DNA of 64,000 nt from Candidatus Omnitrophota bacterium (GCA_016192545.1 JACPTX010000028.1:8686-72685), one strand, 5' to 3'. Numbered from the stretch's first letter, positions 26,284-39,417 are shown. Program-made: numbers and translations. Notes: a model not told the origin generated them from the letters alone.

Positions 26284-27672
26284 CTAGACTTTCTCAACCG
26301 TCAATTTTAATCCCTGCACGCTGAGCACCCGGACCCGCTCGCCCTGGCGGATCGGCGCCGCGCTGGTCGCGTTCCACAGCTCGCCGTGGACGAAGACCAT
26401 CCCGTCCGGGTCGAGATTCGTCGAGGCCGTCCCCAGCTCCCCCTGCAGCCCCTGCGGGCCGGTCGTGACCGGCTGGGTCTGCGAGCGCAGCGCGCGCTGC
26501 ACGACGAACAGGACGATCGCCGCCAGCGTCGCCACGGTCGGCAGGATGACGTACAGGGAAATCCGCAGCGCTGGCTCGGCATGTCCCACCAGCATCAGGC
26601 TGCCGAGCGTCAGGGCGATGACCCCGCCCAGCGCGAGCAGCCCGTGGCTGACGACCTGCACCTCCGCAATCAGCAGCAGGACGCCGATCCCCATCAGCGC
26701 CAGCGCCGCGTAGTTGATGGGCAGCGCCTGGAACGCGTAGAGCGCGAGGATGAGGCAGATGAGGCCCGCGATGCCGGGGAAGCCGATCCCCGGATGGGTG
26801 AACTCGAAGATCAGCCCCAGCGTGCCCAGCAGCATCAGCAGATAGGCGATGTTCGGGTTCGTGATGACCGCCAGGAACTGCTCGCGCGGGCTCATGACGA
26901 TGGTCGCGGGGCGGGCCTCGGCCGTCGCCAGCGTCCGGGTGCCGTCCGGCAGCTCCACGGGCCAGCCGTCGATCTTCTGCAGCAGATCCTCGAGGTCCTT
27001 GGCGATGAGGTCCACGATGTGCTCCTGCACCGCCTCGGCCTCCGTCACCGAAACGCTCTCCGTCACCGCTTTCTTCGCCCACGCCTCGTTGCGGTGCCGC
27101 GTCCTGGCGATCGTCGTGACCCAGGCGACCGTGTCGTTGATGATCTTGTCGGCCATCGGGTCCTTGGATTCTTCCTCGACGATCTCTTCCTCGTCCGGCT
27201 TGGACGGCTTGCCGAACTCATCCTTCGCGGCGCGCTTGATCCGCTTGATGAGCTTCTTCACCGGCCCGCCGCCCTCGCCGACCGCCACCGGATGCGCCGC
27301 CCCGATGTTCGTCGAGGGCGCCATCGCGGCGATGTGGCCGGCCAGCGTGATGAAGACGCCGGCCGAGCCGGCCCGGGCCCCCGACGGGGCGACGTAGACC
27401 ACCACCGGCACGCGGGCGTTCATCAGGCGCTTGACGATGGCGCGGGTGGATTCCAGCAGCCCGCCGGGGGTGTCGAGGAGGACGACCAGGCACTCCGCGC
27501 CGTCCTGCTCGGAGCGCTCCACCGCCTTGACGAGGTACTGCTGCGTGACCGGGCTGATGATCTGGTTGTCCAGCTCGATCACGTTGACATGCGCCGCCCA
27601 GCCTAGCGCGGGAAGGCTGAACGCGGTTCCCGCGAGGATGGTGGCGAAAAGGGTCAGACAAACTCGCTTCAT
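26284..27672 (-). CDS. NfeD-family membrane-bound ClpP-class serine protease
   Basis: Signal peptide, ClpP-like domain (...LLDTPGGLLESTRAIV...APSGARAGSAGVFIT...), TM region and a C-terminal OB-fold. Start at MKRVCLTL (ATG 27672). Gene pairing with SPFH is canonical. Confidence 0.8.
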   Translation of the reverse strand: MKRVCLTLFATILAGTAFSLPALGWAAHVNVIELDNQIISPVTQQYLVKAVERSEQDGAECLVVLLDTPGGLLESTRAIVKRLMNARVPVVVYVAPSGARAGSAGVFITLAGHIAAMAPSTNIGAAHPVAVGEGGGPVKKLIKRIKRAAKDEFGKPSKPDEEEIVEEESKDPMADKIINDTVAWVTTIARTRHRNEAWAKKAVTESVSVTEAEAVQEHIVDLIAKDLEDLLQKIDGWPVELPDGTRTLATAEARPATIVMSPREQFLAVITNPNIAYLLMLLGTLGLIFEFTHPGIGFPGIAGLICLILALYAFQALPINYAALALMGIGVLLLIAEVQVVSHGLLALGGVIALTLGSLMLVGHAEPALRISLYVILPTVATLAAIVLFVVQRALRSQTQPVTTGPQGLQGELGTASTNLDPDGMVFVHGELWNATSAAPIRQGERVRVLSVQGLKLTVEKV

Positions 27673-27689
27673 AGTGTGAGATGCAAAGA

Positions 27690-27766
27690 TGGTGGAGCAG
27701 ACGGGGATCGAACCCGTGGCCTCGTGTATGCCATACACGCGCTCTCCCAGGCTGAGCTACTGCCCC
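27690..27766 (-). tRNA. tRNA-Ala (anticodon GGC), CCA encoded
   Basis: Reverse complement gives GGGGCAG-UA-GCUC-AGCCUGGGA-GAGC-G-CGUGU-AUGGCAU-ACACG-AGGCC-ACGGG-UUCGAUC-CCCGU-CUGCUCC-ACCA. G3:U70 identity pair present. Confidence 0.85.
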
Positions 27767-27785
27767 ACAGAAATCTGAGACCGCT

Positions 27786-27815
27786 AACATAGCACGCCGG
27801 CCTCGTCGGTGTCAA
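27786..27815 (-). promoter_or_regulatory. sigma70-like promoter for tRNA-Ala (TTGACA-18-TATGTT on minus strand)
   Basis: rc of 27786-27815 reads TTGACAccgacgaggccggcgtgcTATGTT. The -10 lies ~17 nt upstream of the tRNA 5' end. Confidence 0.4.
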
Positions 27816-27894
27816 CGTAAGGCGAGTGCCGCAGTCGCGAGTGGTGGACGGTTGCGTTGCTCTCGTCGGCGGCTCATGATAAGATAGCCGTTCC

Positions 27895-28791
27895 ATGCGT
27901 ATTGGTGTCCATGTCTCCATCGCCGGCGGACTGCTGGAATCCCTCGCCCGTGCCAAGCGATTGTCCTGCAATACGATGCAAATCTTCAGCCGCAGCCCAC
28001 GGGGCGGGCCGGCGCCGGCGCGCACCGATGAGGAGCTGGACGATTTCGACCGGGCCAGGCGCGCAGCCGGCATTGACCCGTTGGTCATCCACGCGCCCTA
28101 CATTATTAATCTGGCCTCGCCGGACCGGCGCGTGTTCGGCTTCTCCATGGCGCTCTATCAGGAAGAGTACCGCCGCGCAGCGCGGTTGGGCGCGCAGTAT
28201 CTCGTGACGCATGTCGGCAGCCACCGCGGAACCGGCGAGCAGGCCGGCATTGCGCGGGTCGCCGAGGCGCTCAACCGGACCCTGGCGGATGGCGAGTCGG
28301 ACGTCATGATCCTGCTGGAAAACACCGCCGGCTCAGGGCAGGGGCTGGGCTACGCGTTTGAGCAATTGGCGGCGATGCGGGCACAGGTCGCGAGGAAGGA
28401 GCGCGTCGGATTTTGCCTCGACACCGCGCATCTGTTCGCCGCGGGATTTCCGATTCACACCGAGGAGGGGCTTGAGGAGACGCTCGCGCAGGCCGACCGG
28501 ACCCTGGGGCTTGAGCACGTGAAGCTGGTCCATCTCAACGACTCCAAGAGCGCCTTCGACAGCCGCGTGGACCGGCACTGGCACATCGGCACCGGGCAGA
28601 TCGGCCGCGAGGCGATGCGGCGGATCGTCACCCACCGCCGCTTGCGCGACCTGCCCTTCATTCTGGAAACGCCGAAGAAAACGCCGCAGGATGACCCGCG
28701 CAATCTCCGGACGGTCCGGGGATTCGGGGTCACTCGAAAGGGCCACGCACATGAAACCTCCCGCACCCGCAGCCGTCCAGCAGCTCGCTGA
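27895..28791 (+). CDS. nfo: endonuclease IV (AP endonuclease)
   Basis: TIM-barrel AP endonuclease motifs (MRIGVHVSIAGG..., ...LVIHAPYIINLAS..., ...LENTAG..., ...HLNDSK...). C-terminal ~20 aa extended relative to typical Nfo. Confidence 0.85.
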   Translation: MRIGVHVSIAGGLLESLARAKRLSCNTMQIFSRSPRGGPAPARTDEELDDFDRARRAAGIDPLVIHAPYIINLASPDRRVFGFSMALYQEEYRRAARLGAQYLVTHVGSHRGTGEQAGIARVAEALNRTLADGESDVMILLENTAGSGQGLGYAFEQLAAMRAQVARKERVGFCLDTAHLFAAGFPIHTEEGLEETLAQADRTLGLEHVKLVHLNDSKSAFDSRVDRHWHIGTGQIGREAMRRIVTHRRLRDLPFILETPKKTPQDDPRNLRTVRGFGVTRKGHAHETSRTRSRPAAR

Positions 28792-29059
28792 CTTGCTCGC
28801 GCGCCTGGCCGTTTCGATTGAGCAGGGACAGCCCACCGGCTTCGTCCAACACGTATTGGCGGATGCCCAGGCGCAGTGCGAGCAGGCGGCGGTGAAGGCG
28901 CCCGCCGACCTGAAGATGCTCCTGGCCAATTTTATGGACGCGCTGCGCGCCTGGTACAACGTCTGGCCGACGATGGGCGCCAGGCCGGAGTTCCGGCAGG
29001 CGGTCTCGCGCGAAGCCCGCCAGTGGTCCCATCGCGTGTTGGAACCGCCGACGTCGTAG
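28751..29059 (+). CDS. hypothetical protein (overlaps nfo 3' end by ~40 nt)
   Basis: 102-aa Ala-rich ORF from ATG 28751. No family recognised; may be spurious. Confidence 0.3.
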   Translation: MKPPAPAAVQQLADLLARLAVSIEQGQPTGFVQHVLADAQAQCEQAAVKAPADLKMLLANFMDALRAWYNVWPTMGARPEFRQAVSREARQWSHRVLEPPTS

Positions 29060-29086
29060 CGGTGGGGTCGCCAGGCGGCGGTCGGC

Positions 29087-29767
29087 GTGCCAGTCTTTCA
29101 GCAGTTCGGACCCTCGCACCTGACGGCTCTGCTGCTGATGCTGGCAGCAGGAGCAGTGCTCGTCGCGAACGCCAAGCGTCTGCGCAGTGCCGGCGATGAT
29201 CGCCTCGTCCGACGCATCCTGGCGGCTGTCCTCGTCGGCAACGAAGTCGGCTCGTGGGGAGTGGCGGTGGTGCAGGGACGCTGGGGGCTGCCCTGCCAAC
29301 TCTGCGACCTGGCGGTGTTCCTGATGGCTTGGGCGCTCCTCGGGCGCCGCCGTCTCGTTGGGGAAATCGCGGTGCTGTGGGGGCTGGCGGGCAGCGTGCA
29401 GGCGGTCCTGACGCCGGATCTGTCGGAGGGCTTCCCGTCGTATGCGTGGGTCCAGTTTTTCCTCGGCCACTGCGCCGTCGTGCTGAGCGCGGTGTACCTG
29501 GTGGCACGGGGGCGTGTCCATCTGACGAGTGCGTCGGTGTGGCGGGTGTGGCTCGTCAGCAATGTCTATGTCGTCATCGCGGGACTGTTGAACTGGCAGC
29601 TCGGCACCAACTTCGGGTACCTGGCCCGCAAGCCCGCGCATCCGAGTCTGTTGGATGCGCTCGGGCGGTGGCCGTGGTACATCGTAGGAGTGGAGGGCAT
29701 TGCGCTGGCGTTGTTTTTCTGCTGCGTCGGATTCGCCAGGCTGGTGGATCGTTGGGCGCGCGCATGA
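29087..29767 (+). CDS. integral membrane protein (TIGR02206/YwaF-like)
   Basis: 226 aa, 6-7 TM helices, Trp-rich; resemblance to the TIGR02206 conserved membrane family. Confidence 0.5.
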   Translation: MPVFQQFGPSHLTALLLMLAAGAVLVANAKRLRSAGDDRLVRRILAAVLVGNEVGSWGVAVVQGRWGLPCQLCDLAVFLMAWALLGRRRLVGEIAVLWGLAGSVQAVLTPDLSEGFPSYAWVQFFLGHCAVVLSAVYLVARGRVHLTSASVWRVWLVSNVYVVIAGLLNWQLGTNFGYLARKPAHPSLLDALGRWPWYIVGVEGIALALFFCCVGFARLVDRWARA

Positions 29768-29770
29768 GGA

Positions 29771-30100
29771 ATGCGGATGGCTGACCCACTTGAGATTGTC
29801 GTGGAGGGAACCCCGAACCCCAACGCGGCGAAGTTCACCCTCAACCGCGTCGTCGCCACGCAGGGCAAAACCTATCGTGACGCGGCCGCCGCCGATGCGC
29901 CGTCCTTCGGCAAAACTCAGGACGGCGGCCTGAGCGAAGTCGAATGGCCGCCCTGGGCCAAGGCGCTGCTGGCCATCCCCGGCCTCGTCCAGGTCTTCGC
30001 GGTCAACAACTTCATCTCCGTCACCAAATCCCCCGACGCCGAGTGGGACATCCTCGTCCCGCAGGTGGAAGAAGAGCTGAAGAAGGCGTTCAGCGCATGA
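29771..30100 (+). CDS. Nfu/NifU N-terminal domain protein
   Basis: ...VEGTPNPNAAKFTL... matches the Nfu_N scaffold N-domain signature. No C-terminal CxxC domain. Confidence 0.65.
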   Translation: MRMADPLEIVVEGTPNPNAAKFTLNRVVATQGKTYRDAAAADAPSFGKTQDGGLSEVEWPPWAKALLAIPGLVQVFAVNNFISVTKSPDAEWDILVPQVEEELKKAFSA

Positions 30101-30345
30101 TCCAGACGTTGGGCCTCATCGCGGCCGTGGCCATGCCGCTGTGGAATATTCCGCTGATCGTGCGGATTGAGCAGCGGAAATCCTCGCGGGACATCAGCGT
30201 GCCGTGGGCATTGGGCGTGTTCGGGTGCATCCTCCTGATGCTGCCGGCCGCGCTCGACTCGCCGGACGCCATCTTCAAGGCGTTCGGCATCGTGAACACC
30301 GTGCTCTTCGGCGCCGTCGTCATCCAAATCCTCCGCTACCGATAA
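30097..30345 (+). CDS. PQ-loop / semiSWEET-like small membrane protein
   Basis: 82 aa, 3 predicted TM helices, ...[19 protein letters not shown]... resembling the PQ-loop motif. ATGA overlap with upstream gene. Confidence 0.45.
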   Translation: MIQTLGLIAAVAMPLWNIPLIVRIEQRKSSRDISVPWALGVFGCILLMLPAALDSPDAIFKAFGIVNTVLFGAVVIQILRYR

Positions 30346-30353
30346 GTCCTCTA

Positions 30354-32852
30354 ATGGCTGACAAATACCCGTTCGCGGAAATCGAGCCGAAGTGGCAGAG
30401 ATACTGGGAAGAGAAGAAGCTCTTCCGGGCGGTGGACGGCGACGCCAAGCGGAAGAAGCTCTACGTGCTGGACATGTTCCCGTACCCGTCTGGCGCCGGG
30501 CTGCACGTCGGGCACCCGGAGGGCTACACCGCGACGGACATCTACTGCCGGTACCAGCGGATGCGCGGGTTCAACGTCCTGCACCCGATGGGCTGGGACG
30601 CCTTCGGCCTGCCCGCCGAGCAGTACGCGATTGAGACCGGCACGCACCCCTCCGTGACGACCCGCAAGAACATCGAGACCTTCCGCCGGCAGATCACGCG
30701 CTTCGGCTTCTCCTACGACTGGGACCGCGAGGCGGACACGACCGATCCGAAATACGTCAAATGGACCCAGTGGATTTTCCTGAAGCTGTTTGAGCGCGGG
30801 CTGGCCTACATGGCGGAGGCGCCGGTGTGGTGGTGTACAGGTTGCGGGACCGTGCTGGCGAATGAGGAAGTGGTGGACGGCACGTGCGAGCGCAAGGGCC
30901 ATCCGGTCGAGCGGCGCCCGATGCGCCAGTGGATGCTGAAAATCACCGCCTATGCCGAGCAGCTCCTGAACGACCTGGAGCAATTGGACTGGCCCGAGCA
31001 CATCAAGCAGATGCAGCGCAACTGGATCGGCAGGAGCGAAGGTGCCGACGTCTGGTTCACGCTCGATCCAAAGAACGCCTCAGTGCCGGATGGCGTGATT
31101 GATGGCGCGCGCGTGCGCACGCGCGAGGGCAAGATCGAGCTCAAGATTTTCACGACGCGCCCCGACACCCTCTTCGGCGCCACGTACATGGTGCTCGCGC
31201 CGGAGCATCCGCTGGTACCGGTCGTGACCACGGATGCGCGCCGGAAGGTTGTCGAGGGTTACCGGCAGGAAGCCGCGCGCAAGAGCGAGCTGGACCGGAC
31301 CGATCTGGCCAAGGAAAAGACCGGCGTGTTCACCGGTGCCTACGCCGTGAATCCGGTGAATCAGGAACGCGTTCCGATTTGGATCGCGGACTACGTGCTG
31401 GCGACGTACGGCACCGGCGCCATCATGGCGGTGCCGGCGCATGACCAGCGCGACCTGGAATTCGCCCTGCAGTTCGGGCTCGACGTGCGCATCGTCGTCG
31501 TGCCGGAGGACCGCGCGCTTGAGCTGGCCGGCCTGACGCAGGCGTATGAAGATGCGGGGCGGATGCATGACTCCGGACCGTTCACCGGCCTGCCGAGCGA
31601 AGAGGGAAAGTGGAAGGTCGTCGAGTGGCTGAAGGCGCGCGGTCTTGGTGAGCGCACGGTCCACTACAAGCTGCGCGACTGGCTCTTTTCCCGCCAGCGC
31701 TACTGGGGCGAACCGATCCCCATCGTGCATTGCTCGACCTGCGGCACCGTGCCGCTTCCGGAATCCTCGCTTCCGCTGCTCCTGCCGGAGATGAAGGACT
31801 TTCAGCCGGCCGGAACAGCCGAGCCTCCGCTCGCCAAGGCCAAGGAGTGGGTGAAGACCGCGTGCCCGGCGTGCCGCGGGCCTGCCGAGCGCGAGACCAA
31901 CACGATGCCGCAGTGGGCCGGCTCCTGCTGGTATTACCTGCGCTATCTGGATCCGCGCAACGGCCGTCTGGCCTGGGATCCGGCGAAGGAGCGCTACTGG
32001 ATGCCGGTGGACCTGTACGTCGGCGGGGCGGAGCACGCGGTGCTGCACCTCCTCTACGCGCGGTTCTGGCACAAGGTGCTGCATGACTTGAAGCTTGTCT
32101 CGACGCCGGAGCCGTTCCAGCGGCTCATCAACCAGGGGCTCATCCTGGGCGAGGACGGCGAGAAAATGTCCAAGTCGCGCGGCAACGTCGTGAATCCCGA
32201 CGACGTCATCGCGGCGCACGGCGCCGACGCCTTCCGGCTGTATGAGATGTTCCTGGGCCCGCTGGAGGCGGTGAAGCCCTGGAGCACGCGCTCCATCGAA
32301 GGGGTGGACCGGTTTCTCCAGCGGCTGTGGCGGCTGGTCATCACGGCCGAGGGCGGGGTGAACCCGGCGGTCAAGGATGTCGGAGTGAGCGGGGAATTGA
32401 ACGTCCTTATGCACCAAACCATCCGCGACGTCACCGGCGACGTCGAAGGGTTGCGGTTCAACACCGCGATTTCCAAGTTGATGGTGCTGCTGAACCGCCT
32501 GGCCGATGAATCCGCGATTCCGAAGCCAGCCATCGAGACGTTCGTGCTGCTGCTCTCGCCGTTTGCGCCGCATCTGGCTGAAGAATTATGGAACCGGCTC
32601 GGGCACAAGGACAGTCTCACGTATGAACCGTGGCCGTCGCATGACGCGGCGGTGCTGCAGCAGGCGAATGTCCTGATGGTGGTGCAGGTCAACGGCAAGG
32701 TCCGCGCGCGCCTCACCCTGCCGGCCGGCGTCAGCGAGGAGCAGTTGAAGGCGGCGGTGCTGGCGGATGAGGCCGTGAAGCGCCACCTCAACGGCCAGCC
32801 CATCAAGCAATTCATCGTCGTGCCCAAGCGCCTCGTGAACATCGTCGTTTGA
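30354..32852 (+). CDS. leuS: leucyl-tRNA synthetase
   Basis: HIGH ([16 protein letters not shown]), KMSKS ([10 protein letters not shown]) and a CP1 editing domain; ~830 aa. Real start ATG 30354 ([11 protein letters not shown]...). Confidence 0.95.
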   Translation: MADKYPFAEIEPKWQRYWEEKKLFRAVDGDAKRKKLYVLDMFPYPSGAGLHVGHPEGYTATDIYCRYQRMRGFNVLHPMGWDAFGLPAEQYAIETGTHPSVTTRKNIETFRRQITRFGFSYDWDREADTTDPKYVKWTQWIFLKLFERGLAYMAEAPVWWCTGCGTVLANEEVVDGTCERKGHPVERRPMRQWMLKITAYAEQLLNDLEQLDWPEHIKQMQRNWIGRSEGADVWFTLDPKNASVPDGVIDGARVRTREGKIELKIFTTRPDTLFGATYMVLAPEHPLVPVVTTDARRKVVEGYRQEAARKSELDRTDLAKEKTGVFTGAYAVNPVNQERVPIWIADYVLATYGTGAIMAVPAHDQRDLEFALQFGLDVRIVVVPEDRALELAGLTQAYEDAGRMHDSGPFTGLPSEEGKWKVVEWLKARGLGERTVHYKLRDWLFSRQRYWGEPIPIVHCSTCGTVPLPESSLPLLLPEMKDFQPAGTAEPPLAKAKEWVKTACPACRGPAERETNTMPQWAGSCWYYLRYLDPRNGRLAWDPAKERYWMPVDLYVGGAEHAVLHLLYARFWHKVLHDLKLVSTPEPFQRLINQGLILGEDGEKMSKSRGNVVNPDDVIAAHGADAFRLYEMFLGPLEAVKPWSTRSIEGVDRFLQRLWRLVITAEGGVNPAVKDVGVSGELNVLMHQTIRDVTGDVEGLRFNTAISKLMVLLNRLADESAIPKPAIETFVLLLSPFAPHLAEELWNRLGHKDSLTYEPWPSHDAAVLQQANVLMVVQVNGKVRARLTLPAGVSEEQLKAAVLADEAVKRHLNGQPIKQFIVVPKRLVNIVV

Positions 32853-33211
32853 TGGGATGGCTGACGGCGCAGGAGCGGGTGACGCTCGCGGTGCTGGGGG
32901 CCGCGGCGCTGGCCGGGCTGGGGATCTTGGGATGGCAGCAGCGTCGCCCGCCGATCACGGTGGAGGTTGGACCGCTGCTCCCCTCTGCCGAGTGGGATGC
33001 GCGGCTGCAGGCGTCGAAGATCGTAGACCTCAACCGCGCCACCGTCGAGGACTTGGAACGGCTGCCGGACGTCGGCCCGGCGACGGCGAAGAAGATCCTC
33101 GACTATCGCCGGCAGCACGGGCGGTTCAGGCGGGTGGAAGATTTGCTCGATGTGCAGGGGATCGGCCCCAAGACCCTTGAAGAACTCAGGGACGACGTGA
33201 CCGTACACTAG
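32849..33211 (+). CDS. comEA: competence protein ComEA (helix-hairpin-helix DNA-binding)
   Basis: TM anchor plus tandem HhH (...[55 protein letters not shown]...). Confidence 0.8.
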   Translation: MMGWLTAQERVTLAVLGAAALAGLGILGWQQRRPPITVEVGPLLPSAEWDARLQASKIVDLNRATVEDLERLPDVGPATAKKILDYRRQHGRFRRVEDLLDVQGIGPKTLEELRDDVTVH

Positions 33212-33222
33212 CAACTCATCGG

Positions 33223-33390
33223 ATGGGAAACCTCGGACTCGGAGAGCTGGCTGTCATCGCCGTGATCGCCTTGGTCGTCATCGGCCCCCGGCGGATGCCG
33301 GACGTCGCGCGGGCGCTGGGCGAGGCGGTCCGGGCGTTTCAGGAGGCGCTGAAGGGCGGCGCCTCCAAGGACGACGGGACTGATGAGTAA
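33223..33390 (+). CDS. tatA: twin-arginine translocase subunit TatA/E
   Basis: 55-aa ORF (below the ORF-track cutoff): MGNLGLGELAVIAVIALVVIGPRRMPDVARALGEAVRAFQEALKG..., the canonical TatA TM plus amphipathic helix. Confidence 0.8.
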   Translation: MGNLGLGELAVIAVIALVVIGPRRMPDVARALGEAVRAFQEALKGGASKDDGTDE

Positions 33391-33999
33391 TCCACGCAGG
33401 GCGTTCCTCGCGTCGGTGCTGGCGTTGGGGACGCTGTCCGTGCTGGCCACCCAGGGGGTGTTGAAGGGCGCGGATCAGCAGATCGCCGTGTGGTTCCTTC
33501 CCCTTCACTCCCGGTATTTGGATGGCCCGATGCAGGTCCTGGCGTGGTTCGGCGGCTCGACGTGGACGATTCTCGCGCTCTTGGGCCTCGGCGCGCTGGC
33601 CTGGCGGCGGGGCGGGAACGCCGGGGCCCTGGCGTTGACCGCGACCTTTTTGGCCGGCGCGCTGCTGCAGGTCTTCCTGCGGTTGTGGGTTTCGCAGTGG
33701 CGGCCCGACGCGGGCGCGATTCCCGCCTCGATGGACCTGCTCACGCGCTTTGAGCTGGCCGGCTTTCCCAGCGGGCACGCCTACCGGTCCGCCTTCCTCT
33801 TCGGATGGATCGCGCGCGCAGCCGTTGGCACGCGGTGGGAGCGCCTCCTCGTGCCGGGATGCGCGCTGATGGTCGGCCTGGTCGGGATCACGCGCGTGTA
33901 TCTCAACCGCCACTGGGCCTCCGACGTGCTGGGGGCCTGGCTGGTGGTCCTGACGATGCTGTCCCTGGTCCGGTGGTGGGAGGAGCGCCGGAGCGTCTA

Positions 34000-34000
<1 letters not shown>
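33383..34000 (+). CDS. PAP2-family phosphatase (phosphatidic acid phosphatase type 2-like)
   Basis: PAP2 motifs (...PSGHAYRSA..., ...RVYLNRHWASDVL...). Confidence 0.7.
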
Positions 34001-36009
<2,009 letters not shown>

Positions 36010-36028
36010 GTCGTTCATCCTCCTCGCC

Positions 36029-38503
36029 ATGCGCGCCCCGCTGGTTCCTGCCGCCCTCCTCTTCATGCTGGGGATCCTCGCGGCGTCGTTGCAGCCGCTT
36101 GCCTGGGGACCCCTCGTCGGAATCGGGAGCGCGGCGGCCGTCCTGGCGTGGCTGTTCCGGCGTCGGCCGTGGGTGAGCGCCCTCGCGCTCCTCATGCTGT
36201 GGGGCGCGCTCGGCGCGCTGCGCTACACGCTCTGGGCGCACCAGCCGGTCCATCACGTGGCGCGCCTGGTCAGCGAGGAGCCCGCGCGGGCCGCCGTCCA
36301 CGGCGTGGTGGTCGAGGATCCGGTCGAGCTCTTCGCGCCGCACGAGCCCTTCGACTCGGCTTCGCCTCGCTCAGGGCGAATGGTGAGCGAAGTCGAACCA
36401 GAGCCCGAACAGCAGGTGTGTGTCATTCGGGCCCGGCATGTGCGGGCGCGTCAGGCGCCGTGGCGGTCGGTTTCCGGGCTGATCCGGACGAAGCTCCAGC
36501 AGCCCCGCGTCGAGCTGGCCTACGGCGATGAGGTGCTGGTGGAAGGCGCCTGGTCGTCGGTCCGCGGTCCCGGCAACCCCGGGCAGTTCGATTGGCGCGC
36601 GGCGCTCGCCCGGCAAGGCGTGCAGGTCGTGCTGTCGGTGAAGCCGTCCGACGGCATGGCGCGCCTGCGGACAGGGCAGGGCGCCTGGTGGATGCGCGCC
36701 GTGACCGCGCTGCGGGCGCGCATCGAATCGCTGCTCAGCGCGTCATTCAGCGAGCATCATGCGGGGCTGCTCCGGGCGATTCTGCTGGGCGAGCGGGTCG
36801 CGCTCGATGAGGACCTCAAGCAGGCGTTCATCGAAACCGGCACGATGCACCTGGTGGTCATCAGCGGCTTCAACGTGGGGCTGATCGCGGTGCTCCTTGA
36901 GTTGTTCCTCCGGGTGGTCGTGGGGCTGTCGCGGCGTCCGCGCCTGCTGATCACCGCGGCAGGGTTACTAGGGTACTGCCTCCTGACCGGGATGCAGCCG
37001 CCGGTCGTCCGCGCGACGCTCATGGCCTGGGTGGTCCTGGGCGCGCTGTGGATGGACCGCCTGATCAGTTGGCCCAATACGCTCGCGGCGGCCGCCCTGG
37101 TCATCTTGTGGGCGCAGCCGGCTCAGCTCATGGATGCGGGGTTTCAGTTGTCCTTCGGGGCGGTGGCCAGCCTCCTCATCTTTACCGGGCGCATGCAGGC
37201 GCTGCTGGAGCCGCATCTGCCCATCCGGCTCGAGCGCCTGCGGCGCTACGTGGCGGTCAGCCTGGCCTCGACCCTGGCGATCTGGGTGGGGTTGTGGCCC
37301 GTCCTGGCGTGGTACTTCCATCTCGTGTCTCCGGTGTCGGTCCTCGCGAATCTCGTGCTGGTGCCGCTGGTCAGCCTGTTGGTGGGGTTGGGGACGGTGG
37401 TGGTGCTGCTCGGGACGGTGACGGCCCCCGTGATGCACTGGACCACCGGCTGGCTCGCGTGGCTGGTGGATGTGACGGTCGGGTGGGTGCACGCATTCCA
37501 CCAGGTGCCGCTCGGCTGGTGGCCGATTGGGCATCCGGCATGGCCGGTGATTGTGGGCTACTATCTCCTCGTCGGGCTGTCCGTGTGGCGGCAACGAATT
37601 CGGCTGAGCCCTGGATGGGCGGCGGTCTGCTGGCTGGCCGGGATCAACCTCTGGATCTGGACGGGGGTGGGCGCGGAGGCCCGCGCGCCGAAGCGGCTGG
37701 AGATCACCGTCCTGGATGTGGGGCATGGGGATGCGATCGTGATCCGCACTCCCAGCCGGCAGACGCTGCTGGTGGATGCCGGCACGCAGGATGCCGGACG
37801 CTATGCGGTGGTGCCGTTCCTGCGCGCGCAGGGGTATCACACGCTCGAGGCGCTGATTCTGACGCATCCTGATGAAGATCACGTCGGCGGCGCAGTCGCC
37901 GTCTTGAAGCATCTGCGCGTCAGGCAACTGCTCACCAATGGGTTTGAGGCGTCCAGCCGGACCGCCCAGCAGGTCTTCGCGCTCGCCGATGAGCGGCGGG
38001 TGCCCAGGGCGCGCGTCACGGCCGGGACGATGTTGGCCGGCTCCCCGGCGGTCACGATGACGGTGCTGCATCCGCCGCCGGGGTTCGTGCCCGGCACGCG
38101 CCCGGCCTCCAACGACAATTCCGTCGTCATGCGGGTGGCCATGGACAAGTTCAGCCTGCTGCTCTGCGGAGACCTTGAGGAGCGCGGGGTCCCGTGGCTG
38201 CTCGCCGGCGGAGGGCCGCTGCGCTCGACGATCCTGAAAGTCCCGCATCACGGCAGCGCCTTGGGGGCTGCCCAGCGGGTGTTCTTCAGGGCGGTGAATC
38301 CGAGGGCGGCCATCCTCAGCGTGGGACGGCTGCACGACCTCCCTGACCGGGAAGTCCTGAGCGACCTTCGGGACCTCGGTGCGCGCCTGTTCCTGACCAG
38401 GCGCGACGGCGCGATCATCGTGCGGACGGATGGCACGCGCCTCTTCGTGCATACCTATCGGCAGCGCCCGCCGACACGTGCCCCGCAAGGTCCGGTCACC
38501 TGA
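36029..38503 (+). CDS. comEC: DNA internalization competence protein ComEC/Rec2 (with C-terminal MBL domain)
   Basis: Multi-TM competence domain (...MHLVVISGFNVGL...) and C-terminal metallo-beta-lactamase domain (...VLDVGHGDAIVI..., ...LILTHPDEDHVGG...). Confidence 0.85.
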   Translation: MRAPLVPAALLFMLGILAASLQPLAWGPLVGIGSAAAVLAWLFRRRPWVSALALLMLWGALGALRYTLWAHQPVHHVARLVSEEPARAAVHGVVVEDPVELFAPHEPFDSASPRSGRMVSEVEPEPEQQVCVIRARHVRARQAPWRSVSGLIRTKLQQPRVELAYGDEVLVEGAWSSVRGPGNPGQFDWRAALARQGVQVVLSVKPSDGMARLRTGQGAWWMRAVTALRARIESLLSASFSEHHAGLLRAILLGERVALDEDLKQAFIETGTMHLVVISGFNVGLIAVLLELFLRVVVGLSRRPRLLITAAGLLGYCLLTGMQPPVVRATLMAWVVLGALWMDRLISWPNTLAAAALVILWAQPAQLMDAGFQLSFGAVASLLIFTGRMQALLEPHLPIRLERLRRYVAVSLASTLAIWVGLWPVLAWYFHLVSPVSVLANLVLVPLVSLLVGLGTVVVLLGTVTAPVMHWTTGWLAWLVDVTVGWVHAFHQVPLGWWPIGHPAWPVIVGYYLLVGLSVWRQRIRLSPGWAAVCWLAGINLWIWTGVGAEARAPKRLEITVLDVGHGDAIVIRTPSRQTLLVDAGTQDAGRYAVVPFLRAQGYHTLEALILTHPDEDHVGGAVAVLKHLRVRQLLTNGFEASSRTAQQVFALADERRVPRARVTAGTMLAGSPAVTMTVLHPPPGFVPGTRPASNDNSVVMRVAMDKFSLLLCGDLEERGVPWLLAGGGPLRSTILKVPHHGSALGAAQRVFFRAVNPRAAILSVGRLHDLPDREVLSDLRDLGARLFLTRRDGAIIVRTDGTRLFVHTYRQRPPTRAPQGPVT

Positions 38504-39417
38504 TGATCCTGATCCGCCTGGTCCTCGGCTTAGGGTTGTTCATCAGCTCGCTCATCGCGGGATGGGCGCTTGGCCGGCGCGGGATATTGACCGAATCCCG
38601 GGCCAGGGCGCTCCTGCACGCGGTCGTGAAGTACGTCGCCCCTGTCGTGCTGACGCTCTCCTTCTGGCGCCTGCAGATCCGCGCGCCCGGCCCGTGGCTG
38701 CTGCCGCTGATCGGCGCGCTCGTGTCCGCGTCCACGCTGCTGCCCGCCTGGGCCTGCACGCGCGCCGCGCCGCTGACCGGGCCGCAGAAGGGCAGCGTCC
38801 TGACGTCGGCCTTCTTCTCGAATCTGGGGTTCTTCGGCGCGTTCGTCGCGTTTGCGCTGCGCGGGGAAGAAGCGTACGGGCTGGCGACGCTCTACCTGGT
38901 CTATTTCAGCCCCTGCTTTTATTCGCTGGGGTTTGCGCTGGCCCGGCGGTTCGGCGCGGGCCGTCGGGAGGTGCAGCCTCCCGATGAGCTGCGGTGGTAT
39001 CCATTTGCGGGGATGGCGATCGGCCTCGCGCTCAACCTGCTCAACGTGCCGCGTCCCGCCTTCTGCGAACCGGTCAACCGGGTGCTCATTCCGCTCGACA
39101 CCATCCTGCACGTCGCCGCGATCGGCTCCCAGCTGAGCCTGCGCCTGCCCCGCCGGTGGCTGAGGGTCTCGCTGGCGATGAGCGCGATCAAATTCTGGTG
39201 GAGCCCCCTGGTGGGATGGGGGCTGGCGTCGGCATTCGGGTTGGAGGGGCTGCCGCGGTTCATCGTGCTGCTCCAGGCGGCCATGCCGGTGGGGGTGTCG
39301 CCGCTGATGCTGTCGATCCTCTTCGGCCTGGACCGCCGGCTGACCAACAGCCTCTTCGTCTTCACGACGCTGCTGGCCGTCCCGTGGCTGCTGGTCTACC
39401 TGCCATGGATTCGGTGA
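38503..39417 (+). CDS. auxin-efflux-carrier (AEC) family transporter
   Basis: 304 aa, ~10 TM helices in two repeats, typical AEC/malate-permease-like architecture. Confidence 0.65.
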   Translation: MILIRLVLGLGLFISSLIAGWALGRRGILTESRARALLHAVVKYVAPVVLTLSFWRLQIRAPGPWLLPLIGALVSASTLLPAWACTRAAPLTGPQKGSVLTSAFFSNLGFFGAFVAFALRGEEAYGLATLYLVYFSPCFYSLGFALARRFGAGRREVQPPDELRWYPFAGMAIGLALNLLNVPRPAFCEPVNRVLIPLDTILHVAAIGSQLSLRLPRRWLRVSLAMSAIKFWWSPLVGWGLASAFGLEGLPRFIVLLQAAMPVGVSPLMLSILFGLDRRLTNSLFVFTTLLAVPWLLVYLPWIR